Below the pieces are notes generated by a model that was not told where the DNA came from, made no database searches, and saw nothing but the letters and a program-made list of their open reading frames with translations. DNA of 64,000 nt from Octopus vulgaris (lineage: Eukaryota), in the NCBI GenBank assembly GCA_951406725.2, contig OX597823.1:46252001-46316000 (forward strand), in the 5' to 3' direction. Both the position numbers and the translations under genes were made by a program. Of the stretch, positions 1 to 16,199 are shown in pieces. How positions within the stretch are numbered: the first letter of the stretch is position 1; every line of letters starts with the position of its first letter.

Positions 1-892
1 AAAACAATTTTTTAATCTTCGGATTTAAAAAAAATATGCTAAGCCACTAGTTTTAATTGATTAATATCAATTTCTTCCCTTATTTAATTTTATATATATA
101 TATATATGTACATACACTTGTATATGGTATGTTTTGAATTTATGGAAAGAAGTCCCATAAAATTCAACAATTTTGATAAAAATGGTGAAGAGAAGATGTT
201 AGAGTATATAAGAGAATTTTAATTCATCCAGACGGTCGTTTCGTACAGCGATATAAAGACCATGCAAATTTATGGTTGAACAGAATTAATTAAATTAGGT
301 TGAAAGTAATGATACCAAACAATAAAAAGGTTAAACAAATAATAACAGATGGATTGTGGTTCACTACAGCTATCTTAGAGGTGTTTTTTTTTAATGTACA
401 TATGTGTTACATCAAGAAAAGAAAACAACCAATTTTCATCAGGTGAACACAGGTAAGAATTAAAAATTTTGAACACCTCATGAACAAGTATAAAGAGCTA
501 TTTGATTCTACCGACCCAGATTCGGTCAGTGAGTGAAAATTTCAAATTAGAATCAATTTTATAAAGTGGAACTCGATAAAAGGAACTGGATCGAGGAGGG
601 AAATGGATGGAGAAATATAAGGGAGAGAAATACTAAATCGAGAAGAGAGAAAGGAAAGTGCATGATGTCGTTTGACCTCGTAAGGAGTTATAAATAACAT
701 AAGACTATTCCTAGATAGTAGACAGGGTCTTCAGACACAAGAGCAATAAAAAAGGAGAGGTAGGAGTAACCAGATCACTACGCACATGCATACATTTCTG
801 TACATAGAAACCCGCACAGAAATAAATTGATAAAACTACTCACACTCATGTAGACACATACACGTATTCACTCTTATACATACAATAATAGT

Positions 893-928
<36 letters not shown>

Positions 929-1126
929 TACATATACATATATCCATACTCTCTCATATATTCTAATATATACCTACACACTTACCGCACACACTCCAAA
1001 GCGCGTCCATTCTTCTACTAACACATACGCATCCGCTTTCACTTAATTGCACACTCATATATATGTCGGGCGGTGGTTTGGCTGGCTTAAACTTCGAAGT
1101 CACTACGAATAATATTCTTGTTTACG

Positions 1127-1129
<3 letters not shown>

Positions 1130-1182
<53 letters not shown>
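1130..1182. repeat. (AT)n microsatellite, representative of many in the window (also about 5857-5949, 37231-37280, 40161-40222, 43021-43108, 62315-62388)
   Basis: Read directly from the sequence. Confidence 0.95.
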
Positions 1183-1185
<3 letters not shown>

Positions 1186-2032
1186 TGTGCGTCTGTATTC
1201 ATGCATTAATGTGTGTATGAATGCGTCCATGTATTTGAATTTGGCGCATGTGTGTATCTGTGTGTGTATGTGTGTGTTACTCTAGAAACCATGGTCGCTT
1301 CGAATCCTAAGGCATTTCGGTATATCGTATAACTTCTGGTATATCGTATATCATAGCGATTCCTTCCAGCAGAAGGCTATATGTTTTAAGCCATTAGTGT
1401 ATGTATGCGTTTATGCTGAGACACATGTGTATATATAAACGACTAGCGACCATAAATGCATTATGTTTATACACCTCGTCAATCTAAAACACTCACATAC
1501 AAACAAACCAACAAATACATACAAATACATACTATTCTATATGTATATGTATTTAAGTGCGTGTTTATTAATTTCTTTATTTATGTATGTGTAGACGCCG
1601 CTTTTGGCTCTTTATATATTTGGCATTGAGATGAAATGTTATTGATGTTTGGCATACGATATTCTGTTGTTAGTCGACTAGTAGACAGCTTGCTGATTTT
1701 GAACAAACATTCGATACTGTGTGTTAGATGAGATAGTGAAATAAATAATTTGCTGCCAGTAGTTTCTTCATATAGTTATGGATTCTTCAACTGTTTATTT
1801 ACAGCATCTAATATCAGCCAATATTCCATGTTAGACAGCGTCTGCTTTAATGTTTCAGATAATTTACTGGCATTTACTAACTGTTCCTTTTCTATTTGTT
1901 TTTCTCTTGAATAATAGATAGTAGTTCTTTTCTCTTTTTCTTTTTTTTTCTTTTCCACTTTTCTTTAATATCTCTCGTATACAACGATTTATACATCTTT
2001 TCGTTGGGCTTGTTCACTGAAGATAGGGTGCA

Positions 2033-2043
2033 ATTACTACTAT

Positions 2044-2100
<57 letters not shown>

Positions 2101-2121
2101 TACTACTACTACTACTACTAC

Positions 2122-2177
<56 letters not shown>
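2033..2177. repeat. Compound (TAC)n-(TAA)n microsatellite
   Basis: Read directly; explains the poly-L/I/V ORFs at 2004-2330. Confidence 0.95.
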
Positions 2178-2989
2178 CCATTTCTTTTGTTAGTTCTGCA
2201 TTATCAGAAGTATTCATTGCTTTTATTCCTTTTCCTGGTTCTAATAAGGATTTCTCACATTGATAAAACGATCAAATTGAACTCATTATATAACTGCAAT
2301 ATACTGAGCACAACAAGGGAAATAAATTAGCAAATAATGGATTGATGACACCATATTATTACTTCACATTTTCAGATGTGGAGGTAGATAGCAATGATAT
2401 AGAAACTGAACTAAAGATATGCATTCATTAAAAAATGAAATACGGAAACTGGTTAATCAGAATAAAAACAAAAAAAAAGGTAATTTATAGGGAAGTGTAA
2501 ATATAGTGAGTGAAATATTGCTGTAAAATGCATGTAGTACAGATTAACTAAAAAATAGATAAAATAGATTTGAACGAGGTGATGACATGGAAAGCACAAT
2601 GTAGTATTTTAACCTGAAACACCGAGATTTTGTAAATACAGAAAAGTATGGCTAGATTGTACTTGTTGTTTAGCTCCCGGTGGATCGTGATCAAGTAATC
2701 TTAAGATCAAAGGCATTTTAGCTTTGGTTATCCCTCCACGAAAAGTATCGTCAAGTATTAACTTGTAATCTATGAAATACACAAAATTAATATTTCAATA
2801 AAGTTACATGGCATTTTTTAACATTTATTTTAAATTATGTGTGGCCTATTTTGTATTCTGCACATTCGAGGATACAGAATTACAGCGGATTCAAACTACG
2901 GCAGGGATGTTTGATGTGTCAGTTTTCATTTCTGACGCTAGGCTCTCTCTATCTGTTATATTTATCTACTTCAGTTATCTTATCCTATC

Positions 2990-3480
2990 CGTTGACCGTG
3001 TGGTCGTTGGCACATTCGTTGATCACGTTGCAACCAGATTTCAGCACTTCTCTCGGTCTTTTCTTGATCTCAGTGGGTTGGCAAAATTGAGAACAGTCCA
3101 CTCTTTAATGTTACAAGCCATCTTTTCATTGGCCCACGTTGCTTCCTTTCACCTTCCACTGTGCCTTGTAAGATTGTCTTTGCTAGGCTATAACTTCTTG
3201 TAACATGACAATACCATTTCAGTTTCCTTGCCTTTACAATTGTCAGCAGATCCTTATGTGGTCCAATAGCCTAAGTTATTCTCATCCTTACTTCGTTATT
3301 AGTTGGCACACCACACTAATGTGCAGAGCTGGAGCATGGTATCATTACAGTAGGACGCATTAGCTGACATTGCTAAGTTTAAATCGTCATCTTGTCTGCC
3401 CTATCAACTTTTACGGTAATTCTTTATCATTCGTGACAATGATAATGTATGGTGTTCAACTGCTTAGATTATGCCAAATG
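2990..3480 (-). mobile_element. Decayed RTE-clade LINE, 3' end of the RT ORF
   Basis: Minus strand reads IGPHKDLLTIVKARKLKWYCHV...SLAKTILQGTVEGE...RWL..IKEWT, which fits the RTE C-terminal pattern (LKWYGHV...KTILQGTVEG.R.RGR..KRW.D.IKEWTG). It has frameshifts and stops. Confidence 0.75.
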
Positions 3481-4518
3481 CTTCATATCCGGATACTTAG
3501 TGTGTAGACACCTTATTTAAGTATTATATAGTAAAAAACTACGCGAAATGCATTTGAACAAATTCCATGGGGATTTTCATATCAATTTTGGAATATTTCG
3601 TCTCCTTACGGCAATTTATTGTCGATATTATTGACTTCAAACATGGATGACTGATAATCAATAATTTACTAAATGGCATCGATATATTAAAAAAATAATC
3701 TCACACACATTAAAACAAAAACAAAAATTAAATAAAACAGAAACATACCACTCCCATTCTGTAACTTCTGTGTAATAATGTGGTACTAAAGTACTTTAAG
3801 TAGATCGCATCCAATCCAAAGACCAATTCACTACCCGTTCAGAAATCCTTTGTTGCTAGCTCACTATTTATTCAGCTACATTATTAACAACACAATCATA
3901 ATAATATTCTTCATGTTTTACATCGAAAAAGAATAGCTTACAGTTAAATCCTGGCAAAATTCTGCTAGTAGTCAACAGATAAGATTAATACATTTCCTCT
4001 AGCGCTCGAATCGTCGATAACTATTTCAGTTTTCTTTTATATTTCTGACATTGATTGCTTTTATTTCATCGTAGTCTTCCAATACAGAGAAAACATGTTG
4101 CCAGAAATGTGATTACTAAAGGAAAGCTCAACCTCGAAGTGTGTCCTTTTGATGAAAACCATGTTATATTCCAGACTGAAATCTAGAATGTGATTGGCTT
4201 TCGTTTCTTTATAAAGCAAATAATAAATTCAGTGAGGCCTGAAGACAAGACTATGAACAAACCATTCTTTCGCCGCCTTCTCCCATTTGGTTAGTGAGAA
4301 TCAAACCTCTTTCATAAAATATATGCATCGTAGCTATAAATTTGTGCATTTCTTCTCTGATGCATCAATCAACGTATCTACCGTGTATGTATTCGCATGT
4401 TTATATTAATTAATATATGTACATGTATATATGCATGTATATATGTATGCATGCATGTATGTATGTATGTATGTATATAATTATATATATATGTATATGT
4501 ATGTATGTACGAATGCAT

Positions 4519-4519
4519 G

Positions 4520-4617
<98 letters not shown>

Positions 4618-4623
4618 TAGATA
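4519..4623. repeat. (GATA)n/(GACA)n microsatellite
   Basis: Read directly. Confidence 0.95.
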
Positions 4624-5149
4624 AAGAGCTGGGAAAAACTTATTCTACCTATTTCAAAACCCGAAACCTGTTCACGTAACCATTATTTAGTGTCAATGCT
4701 TTCGTGGCACTATCCGCAACCTGATCTCTGACACCGATGAATAAAAGAAAAGCGATTTTGTCTCATTTGAATAGTTACAATGTGTATTCCGCGCTGTAAT
4801 TGTTGTTTTTTATTTTAAAACATAGTCTCAGATCAAATCACTTTTCATACAAGTACAATTCGGTTCTCTGCGTGTGTGTGTGTTTGTGTGTGTGAGAGTG
4901 TGTGTGTGTGTATGTGCGTGCGTGTGTGGGGGGCGTAGGTGTGTGTGGGTGTGGGTATAATATATACGCGACGCATCCATTTCCAAGTAAGTTTATCTTC
5001 ACATTTTTTATGCGACTCTACACTGTTTTCTTCCTCCATCCTTCTCTAATTCCCTTTTTTTCCCCCTCCCTCCTTCACCGTTTTCTATCTGTCTCTCTCC
5101 CCTCTTTCTATTTCTCTCTCTCCCCTCTTTCTAATTTTCTCTCTCTCTC

Positions 5150-5614
5150 TCGTTGATCACACGTGACCATCACCCATCTTTCTTTTCCTGCACGGATTGC
5201 ACGGATATTCAAAAGAACGGACGTGTTTTTGTTTCTCTTTTTTCTATCTTTTCTCTTTGCAAAAAAAAATATTTTTCCCAGCGTTTATTATTTTTCTCTC
5301 GTTCTGGTCTAACGACCCCGCCACGTTTGTTTTCGTTCAGATTCTTTTTATGTCCACACTGTCATGTTTGTTCCCAACTTTGATCCTCCACAAATCCTGA
5401 ATTTTATTTCAGAATTTAAAGGAGCAACTGCGTTTGAAGACTCATATTGTCATTGAATGCTCGAAATGCGGAGTAGATAGACAGCCGACAAATAACGAAG
5501 GGTCTTTTTCTGTGTTTACTTTTTTTTCCTCATTGTTTACGTATTTAATTGATGTTATTTCATGTTATTTTCAACGTTGGTGACGTCCTGTACCCATATA
5601 TGTATGTATACATA

Positions 5615-5620
<6 letters not shown>
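5150..5620 (+). mobile_element. Non-coding interspersed repeat, putative Penelope-derived family A; 5303-5620 is duplicated at 6235-6550
   Basis: Near-identical ~310-bp second copy starting TCTGGTCTAACGACCCCGCC; contains a TTGAAGA...CTCGAAATGCGG degenerate hammerhead-like motif; ends in a CA/AT microsatellite. Confidence 0.5.
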
Positions 5621-5682
<62 letters not shown>

Positions 5683-5687
5683 ATATA

Positions 5688-6907
<1,220 letters not shown>

Positions 6908-6910
<3 letters not shown>

Positions 6911-7484
6911 TTCCGTCGTATCCCGTCTTTTCTCGCCCGCCTTCTAAGGCTACTGGTCGATATCCTTTCTCTCTCGTCGTCCACTATAATCCAGCATTTG
7001 CTATACTTTTTTCGTCTGGCGTTAACAGCCCTTCTTATCTTGTTCTCCTTGTCCTGTCTCTCACTGTTATATATTTATTTTTCCACTGTTTATATATATA
7101 TTTTTTACTTGTTTATATGTTTGTACTGTCGTGACCGTCTTGTTTTTGTTTTCCCCTCTGCGAAAAGATCTCAGAATTTTAATTGATTTGCTTTTCGTAG
7201 GAAGGAAGTTTTCATTCGAAGTATACGTCTGCTTATATCTCTATGTGCGTCTAAACGTTTAGTAGATGAAACCTTAGCGACTGAAGAAGGGGATTTTTCG
7301 TTGTGCTTATTGTCCTGTATCTTCTTTTTTGCTTGTCATGTAATTTGTATGGTTTGTTTTTGTTGTTCGTCTCTCTATGTGTTCTACGTCTTTTCATGGT
7401 GTCCTGTACACATATATGCGTGTATATGTACATGTATGTAGGTAGGTACGTACATATATGTAATAATAATATATATGCATATGT

Positions 7485-7516
<32 letters not shown>

Positions 7517-8300
7517 GACTAAACGCACGCACCCTATTAATTAAGACATGTTCTGTTTATCAAGTTAGCCTTGATGATTAACTCTCACGCGACTCTGCAT
7601 CTTTCTTTCTTTCTCTCCCATTCCCTTTTTCGTCTTTTTTCCTCACTTAACTTGTCTCTTCCTCTCTCTCTCCCCCTCACTGTTCTTCATGGTCTCCTCG
7701 CACCATTCCCCTTCTTCTCTCTCTTCCTCTTGCTCCTCCTCCCCCATTCCCGTCGTCCATCTGCGACGATACTTCCGTCGTAACTGCTATCCCGTCTTTT
7801 CTCGCCCGCCTTCTAAGGCTACTGGTCGATATCCTTTCTCTCTCGTCGTCCACTATAATCCAGCGTTTGCTATACTTTTTTCGTCTGGCGTTAACAGCCC
7901 TTCTTATCTTGTTCTCCTTGTCCTGTCTCTCACTGTTATATATTTATTTTTCCACTGTTTATATATATATTTTTTACTTGTTTGTATGTTTGTACTGTCG
8001 TGACCGTCTTGCTTTTTTTACCCCTCTGCGAAAAGATCTCAGAATTTTAATTGATTTGCTTTTCGTAGGAAGGAAGTTTTCTTCGAAGTATACGTCTCGC
8101 TTTTATCCTTCGAAACGTTTAGTAGATGAAACCTTAGCAACTGAAGAAGGGGATTTTTCGTTGTGCTTATTGTCCTGTATCTCTTTTTTTGCTTGTCTTG
8201 TTCCTTTGGTTTGTGTCTATGTTTTTCGTCTCTCTATGTGTTCGACGTCTTTTTGGTGTCCTGTACACATATATGCGTGTATATGTACATGTAGAGGTAG
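6908..8300 (+). mobile_element. Putative Penelope-derived family C, partial tandem pair (6908-7450 and 7580-8300)
   Basis: Two highly similar direct copies; a diverged third copy lies on the minus strand at about 60510-61150 (shared TTCGAAACG...AGTAGATGAAAC...ACTGAAGAAGGGGA). The peptide SLVVHYNP resembles the PLVxxYHP motif of Penelope ORFs. Confidence 0.5.
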
Positions 8301-8333
8301 GTAAACGTACATATATTTATATATATATATATG

Positions 8334-8372
<39 letters not shown>

Positions 8373-8384
8373 AATACATATGTA

Positions 8385-8580
8385 TTTTTGTGTCTATGTT
8401 TGGCCTCCCACCATCGCTTGACAACCGATGCTGGTATGTTTATTCTCCGTAACTTAGAAACAGAGGCCTATAGAATAAGTACTAGGCTTACAAAGAATAA
8501 ATACTGGGGTCGATTTGTTTGTCAAAGGCGATGCTCCAGCATGAATGCAGGCAAATGACTGAAGCAAGTAAATGAATAAC
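8385..8580 (+). mobile_element. 3' half of a group 1 SINE
   Basis: CCATCGCTTGACAACCGATGCTGG...AGAATAAGTACTAGGCTTAC...GCTCCAGCATG...AATGACTGAAGCAAGTAAA; the tail matches 60325-60380. Confidence 0.75.
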
Positions 8581-8597
8581 AACATAAAAAAATATGC

Positions 8598-8763
<166 letters not shown>

Positions 8764-10269
8764 TCTTGACCACACTTAGTCTTACCAACTGAGTAACGTA
8801 TCCTTCGCTGATTAGGCCTAATAAAACTGAAACATTTTCGTTGCTTTCGTTAAATAGCTTTATCTTCTCCAGTTCTTCTTCAGTTCTTATATCCACTTCA
8901 TTCAAATATTTCGATCCTCTTGGATATATCTTCGTTTCTTACTGGTTTAGAGTTCTTAAAAACCTCAATAGTAACTGTTGTCTATTAACAGCTTAGATAA
9001 TTTTCAGTTGAGTAAAATTACTGTTATCAACTTACTACTATCATCTCCGTACTACATAACACGTTTAAGCTGAAACAGTGAGAGAAGAAAATACAGATAA
9101 TGAGACTGATGTGGAGAAAATATTGATGTTATTTTAATCTGAGAACTACAACAAAATTTTATAACAAACCGTGATAAACTTTAATAAATATTTTAAAGAA
9201 GATTATATGAATGTGCACTTATAATATTCTGGTATTACCCCACTCCCGTTCCAATAACTTCAAGTATTCACTTTGCTTCGTTACACAACTTTCTACTCCT
9301 TTTATTAACCTATTTTCTTTCTAAAATCTTTCATCTCAGTTCCTTCTGACGATTCTATTTTCCCGTTCACTCATACCTTATTATCATCCTAACGACAAAA
9401 ACGTGACTTTGAATTAAACAGCTAAAGCTTGTTAAAGACACGACAAAGGGAAATTTGTATTAAAATTTCTATATTTTCACTAGCGTTAAAATATTCTGTG
9501 AAGATTAAAAGATCATAGTAAAGTTCATGGCAAAAGGCAACGGATATCCGTTACAGACAAATGAATCGAAAATATCACTTATTAGAATATGTTGACAATT
9601 TCAAGTTTTATTGCGGTTACATTTTGCTTCATTATTTTTGAGGAAATGACGAAAGAAGACTGGTAAAATATGCTGACCAACAATGAATGGTGCATCAGCT
9701 ATATTAGGTATGATTTCTAAAGTTGCTTAAATTCTGATCCGTTTGAGATTCACGCTTAAACGAGGATTGAATGAATTGTAGCAAGTCATTTTCAGTATTT
9801 AAAATTTTCAGACCTGTAGCGGAGTGGTTTAAATAAATGTGACTTGACAAATGCACATAACTATATACAGAAATATAATAGACAGACAGAATATTCTTAC
9901 AGTGAATCAATATCACATAACCGGTTGAGTAGCATCAAAGACGGCTTATGGAACAATCTAGTAGACAATGCATTTGTAAGCACTATTCGACCTGGTTTTC
10001 ATGTTTTGTAAGTATATTTATAACAAAGGTCCCCATATCAGCCGTCGCTTTTAAAGCACATCACAATTTTCCGTGTAGTGGGCAGTATTTTGAAAGACAG
10101 GGCATGTCTGCAAAACGGCATTGTTTCACAAAAGTGAAGCACATGAGATGTATTATTTACTGATATTGTAACCAGGTTCGTGACTTTCAACAAAATTCAA
10201 TCCGAGAGAACTTACCCTCACAATTATTCATATACACGAATTACATATGTAAACTTGTAGACCGATATA

Positions 10270-10455
10270 ATGCACATGTGTGCACATGTCTGCACATGTG
10301 TTTGTATATGTATGTATGTATGTATATGTATATGCATGTATATGCATGTATATGTATGAATGCTTATGTATATATGTATAATATACATACATGTTTGCAT
10401 GTATATACATATGTGTGTATATATATTTATATATATATATGTATGTATATATGTA

Positions 10456-10492
<37 letters not shown>

Positions 10493-10561
10493 CATATATG
10501 TACGTATATATACATATATACACACACATATATATGCATGTCTATATGTATGTATATATGT

Positions 10562-10600
<39 letters not shown>

Positions 10601-10640
10601 TGTGTATGTGTGTGTACACATACACACATATGTGCACAAT
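10270..10640. repeat. Mixed alternating purine-pyrimidine low-complexity tract (AT/GT/GTAT)
   Basis: Read directly; source of the Y/I/M/C-rich ORFs. Confidence 0.9.
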
Positions 10641-12329
10641 GACATTTGCTGAGCAAATCTATTTATGCAAGCATGCATAAGTACACACGTCTCTATCTAT
10701 TTTAAATTATGGAATTCAAATCATCGTAAAACACATCGGTTCTATATGTACGCACGAATATGAGGTAATACTGTTTGTATTATTTCGTACGAATTTATGA
10801 AATAAAGTGTATACATTTATTTTTATGTATCCATGTAAGGTATGCGTGTATATGTGTATTGTAAACATTTCATTTTCATCGTTTTTATACACATTTTTAA
10901 CAAAGTTCAAAAAGAAATAATCGTATAAATGAAATCTATTGAGATTCAGTAAATATTTATTATATTAGTTACATAACTGATATCTCTGAGAGTTTTGTGT
11001 TGATAAACTATGAATGGTGGATAGATAAGGCTCATAATTTTACTTATTGTGTTTGTTGAGAAGAAATTACTATCTAGGCATAACCTTCATCATAATATGG
11101 AGAACAGATACTGTTCACATTTAAGTACTTCTTTGTCACTTCTTGAAAGGCTTTCAAGAATATTAGATTACGAAACCGCTTTTACAAAATAATCATATAT
11201 TTATAAAAACAAACTATCAATTCATATGAACGTCTGTTATATATATTATATTTTACATTTCAAAACGAGGGGAAGAATTTATAATTCTAGTAAAATATAT
11301 CCTTACGTAAGTGCATTTATTTAATCAATTCACTACTTCAGTGACAGTTTCATAAAATTTAATATAAGAATTACATTGTTTTTTTCCAAACTTGAACATT
11401 CCATAACTTTTCTTAGAAAATTGCATAGCTTTGTGGTTAAATAACAGCGAAACAACGCTGGAGTTTGTGAACTATATACCTAAAACTTGCCTCAGTTATT
11501 TGCAAAGGAAATCATATTGCCTCGGATTTTGTCTTAATTTCAAATGACCTTGTAATCAAGAAGGAAGCAAATCCCACATTTTAAAACTGCATCCTTAGTC
11601 CTTGATAAAGGGTCAAACATTTATTGATATAAACTTGTATCTACATACTTTTGTATTGCTTCTTTGTGTATGAATATGTATGTATAATAAAAGTAATTAG
11701 GGAGATATAGTTACATAGCAAATGTTTTCATCTACGACCGCATATTGAAACCTAGGCGATTGCAGCGTGGAAGATACAGTTTAATGCTTCAGAAACACTT
11801 GGAAAACATTTAACTTCACTAAAACATGTATTAGTAATATGTTCCCATAAACAGAGAGAAAAGAGAATGAAGATAATGAAGGAGGAATATATAAAAGACA
11901 ACTAGATACCAAAAACTGATAATTGACCAGCTATGAGCACCCAACCAGAACGACTGACCTATGCCAACAAAAACATAACCAACAACAAAAGAAACACCGC
12001 AAGCAATATATATCGCGATATAACCGAAAATTTTTAGATGCAGCATTATTTTTGCCAGTGACCAGGTTGCAGTTTTCAGTGACGAAAAGTCTGACGCCAT
12101 ATTGGAAAGAAATGTTTAATTTTATATAAACAGGTTTTATATATCATATCAGTCAGTAGAGGACCGGTCATAAGAAGCTTTCAATTTTCATATATGTGTG
12201 CTTGTGTGTATTTGTGTGTACATGTGCGTGCATGAATGTACATGAATACGTGTACTTTTCTGGTGTAATTTACAGTTGTGTTTGTTAGCCATATATCAAA
12301 AGGAAAAATATAACAATAATAGTAGTAAA

Positions 12330-12790
12330 TACAAGGAGAAGATTAGTAGGAATGGATGCTATATTTGTCCTAGCAATGAGAATAAAAATAACCTCAGTTA
12401 GACCCTAAATGTATTAGAAAGACTAAACTGAAAGCAAACAAGAAAACTAATGGCTACATTTGTGATAAATTATCCAAAAGTGTATTGATAAACTTTGTAC
12501 TTATCTCAAATAGAAAGAAGTAGCAACCATTTGCAACTAGAAAACTATTATACGAATATTATCTACTGTTTGAATGCAAAAGTATCTAATAAAGAACAAT
12601 GGAGAAATGTTTTGTCTGCAAAGAAGTCTATTCATACAAAATAGAGACTAAATAAACAAGCAGCTGTGAGGAGAAAGGAGAAACAGCATGAGAAATTATG
12701 GAAAATTCAAAACTTAAATTAAAATGAAACTACACAAAGTCATCTTAAACCGATGGGGAAAATACCTTTTACTTTTCCGATACCTGTATG
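12330..12790 (+). mobile_element. Highly decayed R4/Dong-like LINE fragment
   Basis: LYLSQIERSSNHLQLENYY aligns by eye with LYIQRIEGGRSLIQLENYY of the element at 21 kb. Confidence 0.5.
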
Positions 12791-12959
12791 AAAAATGGCA
12801 AGTAAGGAAGTGGACAAAGAAAAATAGCAGCTCAAAATTAGTAGAGTAGAAAGCCAAAACAGGGGTTTTTTTTTACTGTGGGGCGCAATTAGTTCTCACA
12901 ACGAAGACTACTAAAACCATCTATTGAAACAAAACACATCAAATAACTGTTCACCCCTT

Positions 12960-14100
12960 CCTAACCATGCGTCAAGTATGGTTTCGGTGGAAATCCATAA
13001 ATTCCTCTTTTGATATTAACTTCTGCTAAGAGTGTGTCCTCTGAGTAGAGATCTACTTTCCTTTTCTTCATGCTAAAGCTAATTAATTCTCCTATGTTGT
13101 CTGCTATACTGTGTGGGATCATATACTCAAACATCAGTGTGAGATCATGTCATAGGCTTTCCTATAATCTATATATGCTATTGTTAAGTTTTCTTTCTAA
13201 CTTTTACTTCATTTAGAACTGCTTTGTCTATATATGATAGATCATGCGTTCCTCTAGCCTTCTTCCTGCAACCTTTCTGTTTTCCTGGTAGTAAATTTTG
13301 GTTGTCAAGGTGCTCGTAAATGCTTCTTGAAAGCATTCCTGTTAAGAGCTTCCACACTAATGGTAAGCAAGTGTTTGGTCTTGTCCTTATCCTTCATAAT
13401 AAGTCTTTTCCTCCTTCTAGATATCCAGTTAATGCAATCCTGAAATTGTTCCCTCAGCCTCCCATGTAAACTACTGCAGTTCTTTAACCAGTAACTTTGA
13501 ACTAAATCTGGTTCTAGGCCCTTCCAATTTGGCATTTTTCATCACACTTTACTCATTAAAGCACTAGTTAATCTTGATCTCGCTTCTTCTCCTTCACTAC
13601 TTCTCCCTCACTTTCCTTAACCATACTGCAGCTCCATTATGATTGTATGGTTTATACCAAATATTACTCCAGAACATTCTAGCTTTCTTGCATTAGGTTT
13701 CTCATCTTCAGTACTTCGTTCTCCACTATTTATTTGGTTATAAAATCTTGTTTGGTCTGTCTCAAATAATATTTTCTGTTGATACTGATCTGTTCATTTC
13801 TGATATCTAGAGAGCTTGCCTGCTACTGCTATAATACACTGTTTCAACTCCTCTTTTATAATCCCAAATCCTTTTTCTTTGACTAATTATCTTTCCTCGA
13901 GGCAAGATTTACGTCCTGTGTTTCCTAACTTGTTTGTTTTTCAGGCTTCTGTTCTACTCTGATCTGCTCTTAATGCCTTCACTTTATTTTGTAATCTCCT
14001 TTTCCACATTTGCTCTATTATTATTATCATTAGTATTCTTATATCGTCATTGCCATCGCTATATGCCACTGTCACCCAGAATAGTATGTTTTCTGCTTGA
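12960..14100 (-). mobile_element. Decayed R4/Dong-like LINE, RT N-terminal region
   Basis: ORF 13305-13535 MPNWKGLEPDLVQSYWLK (NWKAPGPD.VQ.YWLK motif) and downstream AYIDYRKAYDMI (RT motif). Confidence 0.75.
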
Positions 14101-15264
14101 TATTGCAAAATATAATAGTATTTTATCCTAAATCAGTTATTCTTGTTATTACTTGTTATTTCTAGAATCAAAATTTAAGAATCGGTACAATCCCTTTGTG
14201 TTGTCCTTTCATTAATTTTAGCACTCTTTCCAGATTTTGGTTTCTTTGTATTACAGTGAAAATTTCACCAAGGAATAAGAATCCTTAGAAACGTTTGGAT
14301 TGTGTACTAAGTATAATCTCTTAATAAATACTGTTTGATACATGAAATATACGTATTTCTTATGAGGCGGACTAGGCTATCTAAAGTGCATATCATTCTT
14401 TCTCACTGTTGTGACGGAAACTTTTACTCGCGTACACTTTGCCTATCATCTCTTCTTGAGGATAATGAATATGCTTTCATACACTAGAATCACATTGGAA
14501 CTTGGCCTAGTGAAAACGAAGTCATTATTTATGTGTTACATCTATTAACCTGGTTCGGCCTTGGCGATTAGGTAAATCACTGTACACTTAACTATAGTAG
14601 CATCGTTTGGCAATGTGCCCAGGGAGAATATTTGTAAAGAATATCATGCAAATAAGCTATATAAATTACTGGTCCGAAGAAAAGCAATGGAATACTGTGA
14701 GTAAAATTCTTGAAACATTTACTGACAAGCTTATCTCACCTCTTAGGAACTCGCTAATTCATATAACCAATTTACATTAATTAGAAACATGTAAAATGCT
14801 GAGTGTTGTTCACTGTTGAATAGCTGGAGGAAAAGGTGATTTTCTTAACCTTACTAGCTGTAATGTAATATCTCAGTATTCTCTCGGTGCACTTAGCCAC
14901 AGTATAATATATATTTATCACTTCAGCTTTAAAGGCGTACAGATTTCAGATTCACGGGTATAGAATCACTTTTGTCCAAGCTAGTAGTTGATAAATCGAC
15001 TTATGAACTGTTAATTACACAAATTAAGACTGACAGCTTAAATATGACTAGCAAAAATAATGTGTTGCTGATCAACAATGCAAGTCAGTTTGAAGCAAAC
15101 ATTTAGATTTACGATAAAACTGCTTTGCATTTGTTTATGACATTCTGTATGTTAAGGACGTACCCTTTCAAATAACCTCTTGCATACTAATTTTAAAACG
15201 TTTGGCTGAACGTTTTAGAATTCAATTAACGCAAATGATATTATAAACTATCATTATATTTAAA

Positions 15265-16082
15265 GGCGAAAGCTACCAGACTCACTAGAGTGTCGGAAAA
15301 AACGTCAAGTAGTAGTTAGTTAATTCCCTTTTCAATTGACATTCAAATCCCACCGGACGAGACTTTCTCTGTCATATTTCTGATGTCGAGAATGTAAGAA
15401 ACAGTTAATTAAACCGTCTATTTCTCCCTTTAGATTTTGTAATTTTATTTCTATTTTAGAAATCATTATTTACCTCTGAAGTCAACTTTGCCTTTCATCC
15501 TTCCGGGGTCAATAAAATAAACACTAATTGAGAAATGGGGAAGATGTAAGTGACTAGCCCCACCCACAAAACTTTCAGCCCTTTTGTCTATAGTAGGAAT
15601 TCTTACTAATATTATCTGTTTCTTTGTTACCCACAAGGGGCTAAACATAGAGGGAACAAACAAGGACAGACAAACGGATTAAGTCGATCACATCGACCCC
15701 AGTGCGTAACTGGTACTTATTTAATTGACCTCGAAAGGATGAAAGGCAAAGTCGACCTCGGAGGAATTTGAACTCAGAACGTAACGGCAGACGAAATACG
15801 GCTACGCATTTCGCCCGGGCGTGCTAACGTTTCTGCCAGCTCGCCACCTTAGGAATTCTTATTACTATTATCGCCAAGTAAAAGGCGGCGAGCTGGAAGA
15901 ATTGGTGGCCCGCCGGGCATAATGCTTAGGGACATTTCCTCCGTCTTTACGTTCTATGTTCAAATTCCGCCGACGTCGTCTAAGCCTTTCGGAGTCGATA
16001 AGTACCAATCGAGCACTGGATACGACGTAATCGATTTACTCCTCCCCTACCCTGCTGGCCTTGTGCAAAAATTTGAAACCGA
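15265..16082. mobile_element. Cluster of four group 2 (Meta-domain-like) tRNA-derived SINEs: 15265-15465(+, old), 15472-15610(+), 15615-15850(-), 15882-16082(+)
   Basis: Shared AAGGCGGCGAGCTGGCAGAA head, GTTCAAATTCC B box and GTCGACTTTGCCTTTCATCCTTTCGGGGTCGAT core. The minus copy is flanked by the imperfect direct repeat AGGAATTCTTA.TA.TATTA (15595-15614 / 15851-15870). Confidence 0.85.
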
Positions 16083-16199
16083 AATTATTTCCAAGTTACT
16101 TTAGTAGTAAAGACGATTTGTAGGGACAAACCTTACCTTCCAGTTTTATTCACATTATTTTCGCAGAATTTTAATTTGTTGAATCTTCTGTCAAGGCTT

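Noticed and set aside
433-460. Apparent 10-nt microexon CAG|GTGAACACAG|GTAAGA
   Set aside because: Weak pyrimidine tract, frame-shifting length and no partner exons. The surroundings may be decayed GIY-YIG-like transposon sequence, but that is too degraded to call.
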